Shown here piece by piece: positions 22,404 to 32,724 of a DNA stretch of 64,000 bases. A program made the position numbers and the translations under genes. The DNA lies in NCBI GenBank assembly GCA_963768425.1, contig CAVYHV010000008.1:96001-160000 (forward strand), read 5' to 3'. The stretch's first letter is position 1. Every line of letters starts with the position of its first letter. The notes under the pieces were generated by a model. It was not told where the DNA came from. It did no database searches and saw only the letters and a list, made by a program, of their open reading frames with translations. Source of the DNA: Candidatus Bathyarchaeota archaeon. Its GTDB lineage: Archaea; Thermoproteota; Bathyarchaeia; Bathyarchaeales; Bathycorpusculaceae.

Positions 22404-22949
22404 CTAAATCGGCTTGCTGTTCAGCGAATTTGTCCATACTTCGAGCGCTTCGACCAGTTGCTTAATTAGTGTTCTTGTCTTTTCATCCGTGACTTTGCCT
22501 TCCACGTCAACGCAGTCAGCAGCGTTGGAAAGCATTACTTCGGGCTTGTTTACAGGATACATGTTGACGAAGACAAACGTTTGGCGTAGGTGGTATTGTG
22601 CTCTGGCGCCTCCGAATCTTCCAGTTGACGCGCTCATTATGGCAACTGGCTTATTCGCCAATGAGTTATCTCGGTAAGGTCTCGAAGCCCAATCAATTGC
22701 GTTCTTCAAAACGCCGGGGATCGAGTAGTTGTATTCTGGGGTGGCGATTAGGAGTGCGTCGGCGCTTCTGATTTTCTCTTTAAACTCCGCGACATTGGGT
22801 GGCGGGTTGTTTTCGTTGTCCTGGTTAAACGGCGGGATGCCTTCTAAATCGAAAACTTCGATCTTAACGTTTTCAGCTGCAACTTCAATTGCCGCTCGAA
22901 CCAACGCTTTGTTGTAGGAGCCTTTTCTTAAACTGCCTGCGAAAGCCAA
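22404..22949 (-). CDS. NADPH-dependent FMN reductase (start probably a few codons upstream)
   Basis: GSLRKGSYN, TPEYNYSIPGVLKNAIDW. Confidence 0.92.
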   Translation of the reverse strand: MAFAGSLRKGSYNKALVRAAIEVAAENVKIEVFDLEGIPPFNQDNENNPPPNVAEFKEKIRSADALLIATPEYNYSIPGVLKNAIDWASRPYRDNSLANKPVAIMSASTGRFGGARAQYHLRQTFVFVNMYPVNKPEVMLSNAADCVDVEGKVTDEKTRTLIKQLVEALEVWTNSLNSKPI

Positions 22950-23176
22950 GATTTTAAATTGTTTTTGCGCAGAAAGTCACCGCAAGAGATGTTAAGGAAC
23001 AGCTTCAGACGGGATTTAAAGCTTTTCAGTTGGCGCGTACCTGTGAGGTCCTGATCGTTAGCGGTTCCTTGTCTTTAAAGTTTCAAAAACTTTTTGATAT
23101 CCGAAGTCTCTGAAAAAGGAGGTTGGGAATAAACATAATAACATCTTAACATCTTCCTCAACAAGGAAGTAACATA

Positions 23177-23638
23177 ATGCCAACAAAAGTTTTGCTCCAA
23201 ACAAATATGGGCGATATAACATTAGAACTCAGAAATGATATGCCAATAACCTCCGGTAACTTCAAAAATCTGGTTCAAAAAGGAACATACAACAACACGA
23301 TCTTCCATCGAGTCATCAAAGGATTCATGATTCAAGGCGGCGACCCAACAGGAACCGGATACGGCGACCCATCAATACCTGACATCAAAGATGAATTCAC
23401 TCCCAACAACCGCAACGACAGAGGTACAATAGCAATGGCAAATGCAGGTCCAAACACGGGCAGCAGCCAATTCTTCATCAACCTGGTAAACAACAATTTC
23501 TTAGACCTCAAACATCCAGCATTCGGCAACGTCATATCGGGCATGGATTTGGTTGACAAAATTGCAGCGGTAAAAACAGACTCAAACGATAAGCCTCTAC
23601 AAAACGTGAAGATAATTAGCGCTTCGGTCTTACCCTAA
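23177..23638 (+). CDS. ppiA: Cyclophilin-type peptidyl-prolyl isomerase
   Basis: FHRVIKGFMIQGGD, AMANAGPNTGSSQFFI. Confidence 0.95.
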   Translation: MPTKVLLQTNMGDITLELRNDMPITSGNFKNLVQKGTYNNTIFHRVIKGFMIQGGDPTGTGYGDPSIPDIKDEFTPNNRNDRGTIAMANAGPNTGSSQFFINLVNNNFLDLKHPAFGNVISGMDLVDKIAAVKTDSNDKPLQNVKIISASVLP

Positions 23639-23727
23639 GCGCTCAACGCTTTTTCCAAAAAAACATGCAGAGATTAAAAAGGATTTTTGGTTAAAAATAA
23701 AAAGTTGGAGAATTATTTTTTCTTCTC

Positions 23728-23919
23728 TTATTTCTCTTTCGGCTTTGAGCCAATCTCTACCAGTTGAATGTTGATCTGGTACCTCTTTTCGCCGACCTGC
23801 ATCTTTCCAGTCGCGTGAAAGCCCTTGCTTCCAGTGCTGAAGTTCTTCTGATTCAAAATAAACTGCATTTTCTCTCCGCACAGTTGTACTGTAGCCATAT
23901 TCGGTGGTTGCTCACTCAT
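23728..23919 (-). CDS. Small hypothetical protein
   Basis: Protein-like 63-aa ORF with KNFSTGSKGFHATGK. Confidence 0.6.
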   Translation of the reverse strand: MSEQPPNMATVQLCGEKMQFILNQKNFSTGSKGFHATGKMQVGEKRYQINIQLVEIGSKPKEK

Positions 23920-24023
23920 GTTCAAAGTCACCTTTGTCTGTCTCTATTCTCACTGTTCCTTTTCACCTTTTCGCTCCCTATTCAACTCGGAACCCGAAGG
24001 GTCTTATTTTCTTTATTTCATCA

Positions 24024-24323
24024 TTACATGCTTTGTTCTGTTGTTTGTCCTGGTTCGAGTGTTACTTCTAAAATGTGACCGGCAATTGATGATTCGTCAA
24101 TTTGGAGGAGGCGAATTGTTAAAAGCGGTACAACTATTCGTCCGTCTTTTAGCATTTTTGTGTAGAAGAACTGCCAGCCGCTTTGAGTTTCTAGGTCGTT
24201 TACTCCGACGTTTAACAGTTGGTTTGTTTCTGCTTTGAATTCCCAGCGAATCAACTGCGGAACTTGTATTCTGTTGCCTTTTTGAAGCTTGGTCTTGAAG
24301 TTGATCTTTTCAGTTAGGGGCAT
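24024..24323 (-). CDS. Tandem AbrB/SpoVT (swapped-hairpin) DNA-binding protein
   Basis: Two repeats: KLQKGNRIQVPQLIR and KMLKDGRIVVPLLTIR. Confidence 0.7.
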   Translation of the reverse strand: MPLTEKINFKTKLQKGNRIQVPQLIRWEFKAETNQLLNVGVNDLETQSGWQFFYTKMLKDGRIVVPLLTIRLLQIDESSIAGHILEVTLEPGQTTEQSM

Positions 24324-24390
24324 TTTTCTCCGTTTTGATTATCCAAAGACTTATGACTTTTATTTATGTTAATAGAGGGGAAAGGATGCT

Positions 24391-24490
24391 TATTGACTTT
24401 TTGTGACGTTTAATGACGGCATATGACGTTTGGAGACGTTATATGACTTTCTGCGACATTATATGACGGATAGCGACGTTTTATGACGCA
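24391..24490 (+). repeat. Array of ten 10-bp units with invariant in-phase GAC (consensus WTATGACGTT)
   Basis: GAC at positions 5-7 of every decamer 24391-24490; one more in-phase copy at 24351. Confidence 0.85.
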
Positions 24491-24638
24491 ACCTACAAAT
24501 GATTTAAGCTTCTCCACAAAAAAGCAACCCAAACCACAAAGAACATTTTTTTTAACTCCATTCTCCCATTCCAGACGTTACTCAGAAGCTTACTTTTCGA
24601 GTTATCGACTCATTGATTCGTCCTTTTAATTTTAGGAT

Positions 24639-24693
24639 TGTCTAATAATGTTTGATAGTGTCTAACAATGTCTAAAAGTGTCTAAAAAAGTCT
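24639..24693 (-). repeat. Second 10-bp-phased array, inverted (GTC, consensus TGTCTAAWAR on + strand)
   Basis: GTC at 24640, 24660, 24670, 24680, 24690 (GTT at 24650). Confidence 0.75.
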
Positions 24694-24845
24694 CAACCTA
24701 CAACTGGTGCAAGACCTAAATCAAGAAAGCAAGCCAAAACACAAACAAAAAAATTTGACTTTTCCAAATTGCCAAACGAACACACATTCCGTTTCAGAGC
24801 AAATTTGAAAAAAAGCTAACTTGTAGTGGATTTGAAACGGGTTTT

Positions 24846-24925
24846 TGGTGCGGTCGCCGGGATTTGAACCCGGGATCATTAGCTTGGAAGGCTAATGTCC
24901 TAAACCAGACTTAGACGACGACCGC
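24846..24925 (-). tRNA. tRNA-Gly(TCC), CCA encoded
   Basis: GCGGTCG acceptor stem, anticodon loop CTTCCAA, GGTTCAAATCC T-arm, 3' ACCA. Confidence 0.95.
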
Positions 24926-25122
24926 CCCCAATATTGCTTGTATTCCCATTATCTATGCTTGATTTAAGGATATTGCCATCATCTTTTGTTTGGTTTTGAA
25001 CACTCAGAAGATTATCCTGACCTATTCAAACTTGAGACTAAATTGAGGGACAAAATCTTTAAGCAATATCCATTAAACACACTAAGATAATTCAAATTAT
25101 TTGTTTGCTAGGCGCTCAAGCA

Positions 25123-25341
25123 ATGAGTTCAGAAAAAATATATGCACATTGGAGAAGAAAACAAGTGCAAAAAGTTAGGAGAAGAGCTAAGAACCGCTCT
25201 TTTAGATTCAGACTATTAAGAGGTAACGGCCTCGCCCAAATTCTCATTCGAGCCAACAAGGGAAATCATGCCACAGAAAGGTTAAGAAAGAAAGCCCATA
25301 GAAGGAAGCATAAACCTTTTTTCCCCTCGCCAGCTGTGTAG
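25123..25341 (+). CDS. Small highly basic hypothetical protein
   Basis: ATG 25123; Arg/Lys-rich ORF. Confidence 0.4.
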   Translation: MSSEKIYAHWRRKQVQKVRRRAKNRSFRFRLLRGNGLAQILIRANKGNHATERLRKKAHRRKHKPFFPSPAV

Positions 25342-25564
25342 CAAAGAAACTTTACTAGTGGCAAAGACCGATTTTGGTAATCTAAGCTGTAGAACATTGT
25401 CGAGTCAAAAATGGAGATTTTGGTTAACAGGAAAACGGGGTCTTTTTTGGGCTCTCTGTAGAGACAACGAAAAATGTTGCGTTGTTCCCGTTGGAACCAT
25501 CGGTCGTAGATGGAATAGTATATCTTTGTGGTTCGATGGTTAGTATAGTGGATTGGTCGCGACC

Positions 25565-25846
25565 ATGGGTATGGGAAAGGGTACAAGTAAAGTTCCAAGT
25601 AGCCGAATTAAAGTCCTGACTAAAGACGCGAAGCAAATGGTTAATGGACCTTATTATTGCCCAAAATGCCGCAAAGAACTGTTGCAGATTTTGGCAGACC
25701 TTAAGAATAAGAAAGTTTATGCTTGCTGCAAATGCGGACTTGAGTGGCCGCTTGTTTACGCGCCTGTTTTTCAGCCGGTAGATTACTACAACAAGTTCAG
25801 GGATGCTTGGAAAAAGCAAAGCTACGGAATAATCAAACAAAAATAG
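25565..25846 (+). CDS. Elf1-like zinc-ribbon transcription elongation factor
   Basis: Basic N-terminus, YCPKC ... CKCG ... QPVDYYNKFRD. Confidence 0.6.
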   Translation: MGMGKGTSKVPSSRIKVLTKDAKQMVNGPYYCPKCRKELLQILADLKNKKVYACCKCGLEWPLVYAPVFQPVDYYNKFRDAWKKQSYGIIKQK

Positions 25847-25952
25847 CTTTGCTGTGCCTTAAGCAACTCGAAAGGCCTAGTGCAAAGTGGATTTGTGGAA
25901 GAACAGACTAGCTAATAAGCGAGATTCAACGTAAAATTATTGGGATAAGCCA

Positions 25953-26405
25953 TTGAGCGAAGAAAAACTCGAATTTACTCGCAGACTATCCATTCTGGGA
26001 AACCTTGCGCTTGTTGCATGGGTTTTCATCGCGTTTTTTGGCGTTCTTTTCTTCACAATAATCTACAGTTGGCTCTACCTGATTCTGGACGCAGTCGTAA
26101 TCTACGTCATTTTGCGCAGGCTCGGCTGCAGTAGCTGCTACAGATGCAAAGCTTGCACTAGCGGCTTCGGAAGGCTGGCGGGAGCTTTCTTCGGAAGAGG
26201 CTTTGTAAAGAAGGAAAGCGTTGGGAACCGAATTGGGTTTGTGGGATTTGTTTATTTCTTGTTGCTTCCGCTTCCCGTGGCTCTTTTGGTTTTGTCTATG
26301 CTTCAAGCCTTCACAGTTCCGAAGGTTTTGATCCTTTTTTGCCTTTTAGCGTTAGGTACTTACAGTTTTTCAACTTGGTACACGCGTTCAACAGTTCGTA
26401 GTTGA
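25953..26405 (+). CDS. Membrane protein with Cys cluster
   Basis: Four hydrophobic segments, CSSCYRCKAC. Confidence 0.65.
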   Translation: MSEEKLEFTRRLSILGNLALVAWVFIAFFGVLFFTIIYSWLYLILDAVVIYVILRRLGCSSCYRCKACTSGFGRLAGAFFGRGFVKKESVGNRIGFVGFVYFLLLPLPVALLVLSMLQAFTVPKVLILFCLLALGTYSFSTWYTRSTVRS

Positions 26406-26468
26406 AAGCCATTTGGGAATAGTTTTAAAAATGCTTGACTTGTTCATGTAACGGATGTTGATGAGCGA

Positions 26469-27611
26469 ATGAGTAGATCCCTGCTTCGTCGTAAGCCACT
26501 GAGCCTTTTAATTGTTTTTGCTTTCGCCTTTTTTCTCATTTTCCCAGTTATTCAGCCTTTTGCAGCGGTTAAGGCTCAAACGCAAACCGAATATTACAGT
26601 CGCGATTTTAGTTGGAACTACGGCGGGGAAACTTGGACTTGGAACCTTACGATCCCTATGTCTTTGTGTCAAGCGTACGTTTCGGTTCCTGATTCGGTGA
26701 GATCACATATTCAACTTTCGGGCTTCGGATACTTCACAACCACTGAAGATCCTTACCTGCAAAGCTTGGTGACGAGGCTAAACGAGACTGCTGTCCAGGA
26801 GGGATATAGCGCTGTTCAGGAAGTGAACTTTGCTTTAGCGTTTGTGCAAAGCATACCTTACGCTACTGACTTAAACAGCACAGGCTATCAAGATTACCCA
26901 AGATTCCCAGTTGAAACCTTGTTCGACAACATCGGCGACTGCAAAAGCCACTCAATTCTTTTTGCAACGTTAGTGCTCATGCTGGGTTTTGATGCGGTTT
27001 ACATTAATCCTCCGGACCATCTCGCGGTAGGAGTGCTGGGAAACAACCTTGGCGGCACCTACTGGACATACAACAACCAAAACTACTATTACTGCGAGAC
27101 AACCGGCGAAGGATTCACAGTCGGCCAATTACCATCACAATTTGACGGCGTAGGCGCCTACGTCTACCCGATAGACACAAGCCAACAATACATTGTAAAT
27201 TACCAGTCCCTCTCACTTAACGCGCCGAACCCATCCTACTCGCCTTACAACCCGAACACGCCACAAGCAACACCGGACGTTGCACCAAACCAAACCATGC
27301 AGCCCTTGCCCACCGTTGCCGGACCAACAATTCAACCTGTTGAACCCATTTCCCTGAATCTAATTTCAGACAACCCTATATTATTCGTTTTGATCATAGC
27401 GGCAATCGGCATCTCCATAGCTGTGGTTGTTAAGCCGTTAAAAATCGGGGGAAAAACGCCTCCTCAGCAAATGGTTCCCGTAGAGCCGACTAGCCCGAAG
27501 GCGGGGGAGGATGTTTCGGCTAAAAGTAAGTTTTGCATTTACTGCGGTTCAACCAACAAGCCATTTGCTGTTTACTGCGAGACATGCGGAAAAAAAATCG
27601 CCGAAGCATAA
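26469..27611 (+). CDS. Secreted/membrane transglutaminase-like protein with C-terminal zinc ribbon
   Basis: Signal peptide, YPRFPVETL..GDC, PDHLAVG, YCETT, TM, FCIYCG..YCETCG. Confidence 0.8.
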   Translation: MSRSLLRRKPLSLLIVFAFAFFLIFPVIQPFAAVKAQTQTEYYSRDFSWNYGGETWTWNLTIPMSLCQAYVSVPDSVRSHIQLSGFGYFTTTEDPYLQSLVTRLNETAVQEGYSAVQEVNFALAFVQSIPYATDLNSTGYQDYPRFPVETLFDNIGDCKSHSILFATLVLMLGFDAVYINPPDHLAVGVLGNNLGGTYWTYNNQNYYYCETTGEGFTVGQLPSQFDGVGAYVYPIDTSQQYIVNYQSLSLNAPNPSYSPYNPNTPQATPDVAPNQTMQPLPTVAGPTIQPVEPISLNLISDNPILFVLIIAAIGISIAVVVKPLKIGGKTPPQQMVPVEPTSPKAGEDVSAKSKFCIYCGSTNKPFAVYCETCGKKIAEA

Positions 27612-27618
27612 ACACATT

Positions 27619-28191
27619 TCACTGAGTATGAGAATCGGAAGTTGTTTCATTTTTCGATGCTGCGTCTAAGGTTTCCTTTGCGAATTTGTCGATTCTCCTG
27701 TAGGCGTAGGCGGCTACTGCAATTTCTAAAAGTATGACGACCGAAAGGAAAATGGCGAGTGATTTGGTCAGGTTGATAAAAGTTTGAGCTGCTGAAACAT
27801 CGACGTTGCCGTTAACCGAGGCTAACCAGCTCCAAAAAGAAGCCTTACCTGACTTCAAAAAAACGGTTAAATCAAGAGATATCCACAGACATAAGCCAGC
27901 GAGAACAGCGGATAGGGCACAGCCGATTATGGTTATGTTTTTCCAATCTGAGCTAATGTGAGATGAAGCAGTAACTTGGGTATGCGAGTTGACAGTGACA
28001 AAAGTGACGTCCACGGTTTTTTTGGCTGTTTCGGGTAACATTCCCCAAAGCGACCCTTGCTTAACTAGGAGGTGTTTGGGTTCGTCTTCAGAAACTATTT
28101 TGCCGCCTTTCGTAACAAAGGAGGCTTTGATGTCTGCATATGCTTTTTCGATTTCTGTGTTGAAAGTACGTCTGAGCAAACAATGCACCAT
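27619..28191 (-). CDS. Hypothetical membrane protein
   Basis: 190-aa ORF with two TM segments. Confidence 0.6.
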   Translation of the reverse strand: MVHCLLRRTFNTEIEKAYADIKASFVTKGGKIVSEDEPKHLLVKQGSLWGMLPETAKKTVDVTFVTVNSHTQVTASSHISSDWKNITIIGCALSAVLAGLCLWISLDLTVFLKSGKASFWSWLASVNGNVDVSAAQTFINLTKSLAIFLSVVILLEIAVAAYAYRRIDKFAKETLDAASKNETTSDSHTQ

Positions 28192-28235
28192 TCAGATTGG
28201 GAATTAAGTTGCTTCTATAAACCTAAAAAGTTTGT

Positions 28236-28853
28236 CTAATGTCGAGGTCTGCCTTTAAGCCCTCTAATTTGACGCGGCTCTGTTCGCTGTCTCTCCATAT
28301 TTTTGATTCTGGCGTATAGCTTTGACACTTTGGTTTTAGAAGGCACCTTAGACCTCGGAACATGAACTGGCACAGGTGTGAACTGTTTGTTTATCTCAAG
28401 TTTTTTCTGTCGGGTTTTCTTGAATGGAATATTAGCAACTTTTTTGAATACGGCGTAGCCTTCCTTGAAGTTTACTTCCTGCACTTCCCACCCAGCGTTC
28501 AACCAAGCCTTGGTGTGGGCGTTAGATGACGTGTTGCTCCACCACACAGCATCCCGGTAAGCGCTCATCGGTAGGTTGCTGCCGATTAACCCATCGATTC
28601 TTGCAAAAGGCAACTTCACTTGATTCGTGAAGGCGGCTCTGAACTTTAGGTGGCGTTCAAGCCCCTCGTACTTGGAGACGGTACGCGGCGAAACGATTCT
28701 TCTGGCACAGTGGAGGCACAGCATTGCGGTTGGGTCGCCCGTAGCGACATCGGGCACCATGCAGTCGCGGCAATACAGTTTCTGGCAGCGTTGACACTTA
28801 CGCATGTAAGTTACTCTTAGAACTCTGCCGCAGATTCCGCATTCATCCTTCAA
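28236..28853 (-). CDS. Zn-finger protein with DUF7662-like domain
   Basis: Four CxxC, then SKYEGL..LP.SA..WWSN..AWLNAGW. Confidence 0.65.
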   Translation of the reverse strand: MKDECGICGRVLRVTYMRKCQRCQKLYCRDCMVPDVATGDPTAMLCLHCARRIVSPRTVSKYEGLERHLKFRAAFTNQVKLPFARIDGLIGSNLPMSAYRDAVWWSNTSSNAHTKAWLNAGWEVQEVNFKEGYAVFKKVANIPFKKTRQKKLEINKQFTPVPVHVPRSKVPSKTKVSKLYARIKNMERQRTEPRQIRGLKGRPRH

Positions 28854-29062
28854 GACGAATCAACCTTTCATTAGCGAAAGAAAAATCGCTTAAAGAATAC
28901 TCGATTCTTACGCATATTAATTTTCAGTTGCAACTGCATTGTTTTCGCCTGACAAAGCTTTCCCTTTGCCTTTTTTGAAGCCAGCTGACGAAAGGTACGT
29001 ATGATGTCTATAACTTCATCCCAACGAAACAAATGAAAAAGAAAAATTCGGCAGGCTAAAGC

Positions 29063-30540
29063 TTACCCTTTAACCACTGCGATAGGTACAAGCCGCGCCA
29101 CTTTCGTTGCAATCCCAACTTTGTCGCTGACGTCGGCTACTATGTCCACGTTTTTATAGGCTGGGTCAGCTTCTTCAGCTAAAACTGAGGCGCTTGCCGC
29201 GCGAACCACTATTCCGCGCTTTTCCAAACCGGATTTTATGTCTCCGCCCCAATACTGCCTCTTCGCCGCTGACCGACTCATCATCCTACCCGCTCCATGC
29301 GCGGTTGATCCAAACGTCAAATCCATGGCTTTCTGAGAACCCACCAGCACCCATGAGCTTGTGCCCATGCTGCCTGGAATTAGGACAGGTTGCCCTTCGC
29401 TACGGTAGTCCGCGGGAATATCCGGGTGCCCTGCTGGGAAAGCGCGTGTGGCCCTTTTCGATGAACCCAAACCTTCTTTTCAGCTCCGTCGATGTTGTGG
29501 GTCTCTACTTTTGCAATATTGTGTGCAACGTCGTAAACAAGTTTCAACCCGTACCTCTCTGGGTTTTCATGGAAGACTTGTTGGAAGCTTTGGCGAACCC
29601 AATGCATGATCGCGTGGCGGTTGCAGAAGGCGTAGTTAACAGCACAGGCCATCGCTTGAACGTAGTCTTGGGCTTCATTGCTGCTCCCGGGGGCACAGGC
29701 TAATTCGCGGTCCGGCAAAGAGATTTTATATTTTGCTACTGCATGCTCCATCACTCTGAGGTAGTCAGAGCAGACTTGGTGTCCGTAGCCTCTTGACCCA
29801 CAGTGAATCATGATGGTTACTTGTCCTTCTTCGGTTATTCCGAATGCCTTTGCGGTTTTCGCGTTGAGAATTTTGTCTACCTTTTGGATTTCTAAAAAGT
29901 GGTTGCCTGAACCCAAAGTGCCGATCTGCGTTAAACCTCGACTTTTCGCTGTTTGGGAGACTTTGTCGGGGTTTGCATTAGGCATTCGTCCGCTCTCTTC
30001 ACAGTGGTCTGCGTCTTCAGGCCAACCGAAACCCCGTTTGATAAGCCAATGAACCCCTTCAACCGCTAAATGATCCAATTCGCTGCTGGATATTGAAAGG
30101 TCTTTACGGCGGCTTCCAAGCCCCGAAGGCACATTGCGGAAAATAGCTTCAGCCAAAGGCGCCAGTTTAGGTCGAATCTCCTCTTCTGTGAGCGTAGTCG
30201 CCAAGAGACGGACGCCACAGTTTATGTCGTAGCCGACGCCGCCTGGGCTGATGACTCCGTTTTCGTAGTCGGTTGCTGCGACTCCTCCTATTGGGAACCC
30301 GTAGCCTTCATGTCCATCAGGCAGCGTTATCGCGTACTTGTAGATTCCAGGAAGCTGAGTTACGTTTGAGCATTGCCAAAGGGTTCTGTCAGTCTTCATT
30401 TTCTCCAAAAGTGTTTCGTTAGCAAAAACCATTCCGGGAACACGCATCCCCGCCTTGTATTTTGGAATTCGCCAAGAATAATCACTTATTTTCTCTAGCG
30501 GAACCTGTTCTGGCGCATACCTGCTTTCGCTTTCACCCAA
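29063..30540 (-). CDS. rtcB: RtcB RNA-splicing ligase; frameshift near 29450 (probable sequence error)
   Basis: PDGHEGYGFPIGG, DINCG, SGNHF, HNIAK, VHRKG / ATRAF, PGSMG, HGAGR. Confidence 0.93.
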
Positions 30541-30687
30541 AACTATTCACCAGACTCAAAAGGGGCAATGCTGAAATAAAACAGTTGTGACCAAAAACCA
30601 TCCATCAGCGGATAAGAGTTGATCTAGGCAAGAACTTAAAACAATAAGAATTCATTATTAGCTTTGAGCTCAACGAGGATCAAAACG

Positions 30688-31023
30688 ATGGTTGAAATAA
30701 CTAACGAGTACATGAAGAAGATGCTAACTAAATCGAAAACTTACTGTATCGTAATTTTGAAAGAAGGACCAAACAGCAGCGTTGCGGGCGCCAAAGGGAT
30801 CGTTTGGGAACATGGGCGAAGGAATTTTGTTCTCCGAAGGGACGGGGTCATGCCGATTGTTTGCCGGGTTTCTGATGACAGCAACGTTTCAGGCGTCGCG
30901 ATTTTTGATGCGTCAATTGACGAGACGAAAAAAATTATGGATGAGGACCCGAGTGTTAAAGCAGGAATTTTTGTCTATGAAATTCATCCTTGCATGAGTT
31001 TCCCAGGCGACTGCTTAACCTGA
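30688..31023 (+). CDS. YciI-like protein
   Basis: IVWEH..., IMDEDPSVKAG pattern. Confidence 0.6.
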   Translation: MVEITNEYMKKMLTKSKTYCIVILKEGPNSSVAGAKGIVWEHGRRNFVLRRDGVMPIVCRVSDDSNVSGVAIFDASIDETKKIMDEDPSVKAGIFVYEIHPCMSFPGDCLT

Positions 31024-31035
31024 TTTAAGGCTCGG

Positions 31036-31944
31036 CTATTCTTGAAGTGCTTTTGCATAATCGACAAATCCCCTGACAGTGTTCCCGAGTGCCGTCACTG
31101 AGTAAACTGGGTGTGCACTTAGGTAGCTGACGAGTCGATTCATAATTTTATCTTCCCGCACGATCCTTTCACATATCTGCTCAAAGCTTTGCTTTTCTTT
31201 CACGCCTTCTTCCGAGATTTTTCCCCAGAGCTGAAGCTGCGTTCTATAATCGTGCAGCCTTTGAACGGCAGCAGTGGCTTTGCCAAAGTGACTGTAGTAG
31301 AGGACGACTGGTTTTATGCCGATTAGTTTGTCTAAAGAAGCCAATGCCACATCTAAGCGGAAAGGCGGAGGCGTCGTTGGAATTACAGCATCAAACTCGG
31401 GAAAGTAAGTGCCTGCGGCATCCCCAGGAAACACCCCACCGTTTAAACTTTCCAAAAAGCTAAGGCTGTGTGAAGCATGACCCAGCGTCTCAAAAACCTC
31501 CAGTTTGCCATTGCCATCCAAATCAAATGAGCCTTCTGAAACGGGTATCAGGCGTTCTTTGGGAACTGGTTCCGGCTTGCCGAAGATTTCGCTTACATAC
31601 CCCAAAACCTGCTGAGCCGATTCCCAGAGCCTTGTTGGGTCAGCCAGATGCGGCATGCCTCTTGGATGCACAAGTACTTTTGCGTTTGGAAGAACTTTTA
31701 GCAGTGTGCCTGCGCCACCGCCGTGGTCCAAGTGAACATGGGTGACCCCGACATATTCAACGTCATCAAAGTTCACTTTTAGTTCTTTTAGTCCCTCGAT
31801 AAGCTTGGGCACTGAAGAGGTGGGTCCTGACTCGATAAGGGTGACTTTTGTGCCTTTGAAAACGTAGCTGCATATGAGGTTTTTGAATCCACCAGTCTCT
31901 AAGTCAATTTGGTACAGGTTTTTCCCAATCATTCTAGTGTCCAT
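31036..31944 (-). CDS. MBL-fold metallo-hydrolase
   Basis: THVHLDHGGG, GHASH, GDAAG. Confidence 0.9.
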   Translation of the reverse strand: MDTRMIGKNLYQIDLETGGFKNLICSYVFKGTKVTLIESGPTSSVPKLIEGLKELKVNFDDVEYVGVTHVHLDHGGGAGTLLKVLPNAKVLVHPRGMPHLADPTRLWESAQQVLGYVSEIFGKPEPVPKERLIPVSEGSFDLDGNGKLEVFETLGHASHSLSFLESLNGGVFPGDAAGTYFPEFDAVIPTTPPPFRLDVALASLDKLIGIKPVVLYYSHFGKATAAVQRLHDYRTQLQLWGKISEEGVKEKQSFEQICERIVREDKIMNRLVSYLSAHPVYSVTALGNTVRGFVDYAKALQE

Positions 31945-32070
31945 TATCCTCACCTTGCACCGTTTGTTAGTCGCCGTGTTAGCATAAACTTTTCTGTGAA
32001 AGATAGAACCCAAAAAACTTATTACACAAATGCTCTTTATGCAAGAGTCTAACTGAGGGCAAAGAGAATA

Positions 32071-32724
32071 TTGAACGCTGTTATGTTTGGGCCGCCAGGC
32101 GCAGGAAAAGGCACCTATGCAAGTAGGCTCCATGAAAAACTTGGCATTGAAACAATCGCGACAGGCGACATTTTCCGCGAATTAATCAAGAAAGACACGG
32201 AACTGGGCAGGAAAGTCAAGGCTTACATGGAAAAAGGGCTTTTGGTCCCGGACGAAATAGTGACAGAGGTGCTAAAGGAACGTTTAAGCCATATTCCAAA
32301 AGGAAAAGGCTTCATTCTGGATGGGTACCCACGCACATTTGAACAAGCTAAAGCCTTAGAAGTCGTGACCAAAATTGACGTTATTCTGATGCTTGACGTT
32401 CCCGACTGGATAATCATAGAACGCCTCTCTAGTCGCAGGATATGCCGCAATTGCGGAACCGTCTACAACACTCGCTTCCTCAAGTCGAAGATTGAAGCAG
32501 TCTGCGACAAATGCGAAGGTCCTCTGTATCAACGTTCGGACGACAATCCTGAAGTCATAAAGAAAAGGCTTCAGGTCTACAAGGAACAGGCAAAGCCGCT
32601 GCTGGAGTACTTTGAGAAGAAGAAAGTGCCTTTTGTAATCTCCAAAACCACTAATCTTGATCAGCCGCCAGAACCAGTTGTTGATAACATGATTGAGGAA
32701 CTGAAAAAACGAAAGTTCGTCTAA
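32071..32724 (+). CDS. adk: Adenylate kinase (bacterial-type, Zn-lid)
   Basis: GPPGAGKGT, LDGYPRT, CRNC..CDKC lid, QRSDD. Confidence 0.94.
   Translation: MNAVMFGPPGAGKGTYASRLHEKLGIETIATGDIFRELIKKDTELGRKVKAYMEKGLLVPDEIVTEVLKERLSHIPKGKGFILDGYPRTFEQAKALEVVTKIDVILMLDVPDWIIIERLSSRRICRNCGTVYNTRFLKSKIEAVCDKCEGPLYQRSDDNPEVIKKRLQVYKEQAKPLLEYFEKKKVPFVISKTTNLDQPPEPVVDNMIEELKKRKFV

Noticed and set aside
24391-24693. Decamer arrays as CRISPR or a coding repeat
   Set aside because: The 10-bp period leaves no spacers and is not a multiple of three.
24828-24841. GGATTTGAAACGGG resembling the tRNA-Gly T-arm as an att remnant
   Set aside because: Only 9 bp match exactly and no integrase is nearby; it may simply pair with CCGTTTCA at 24789.
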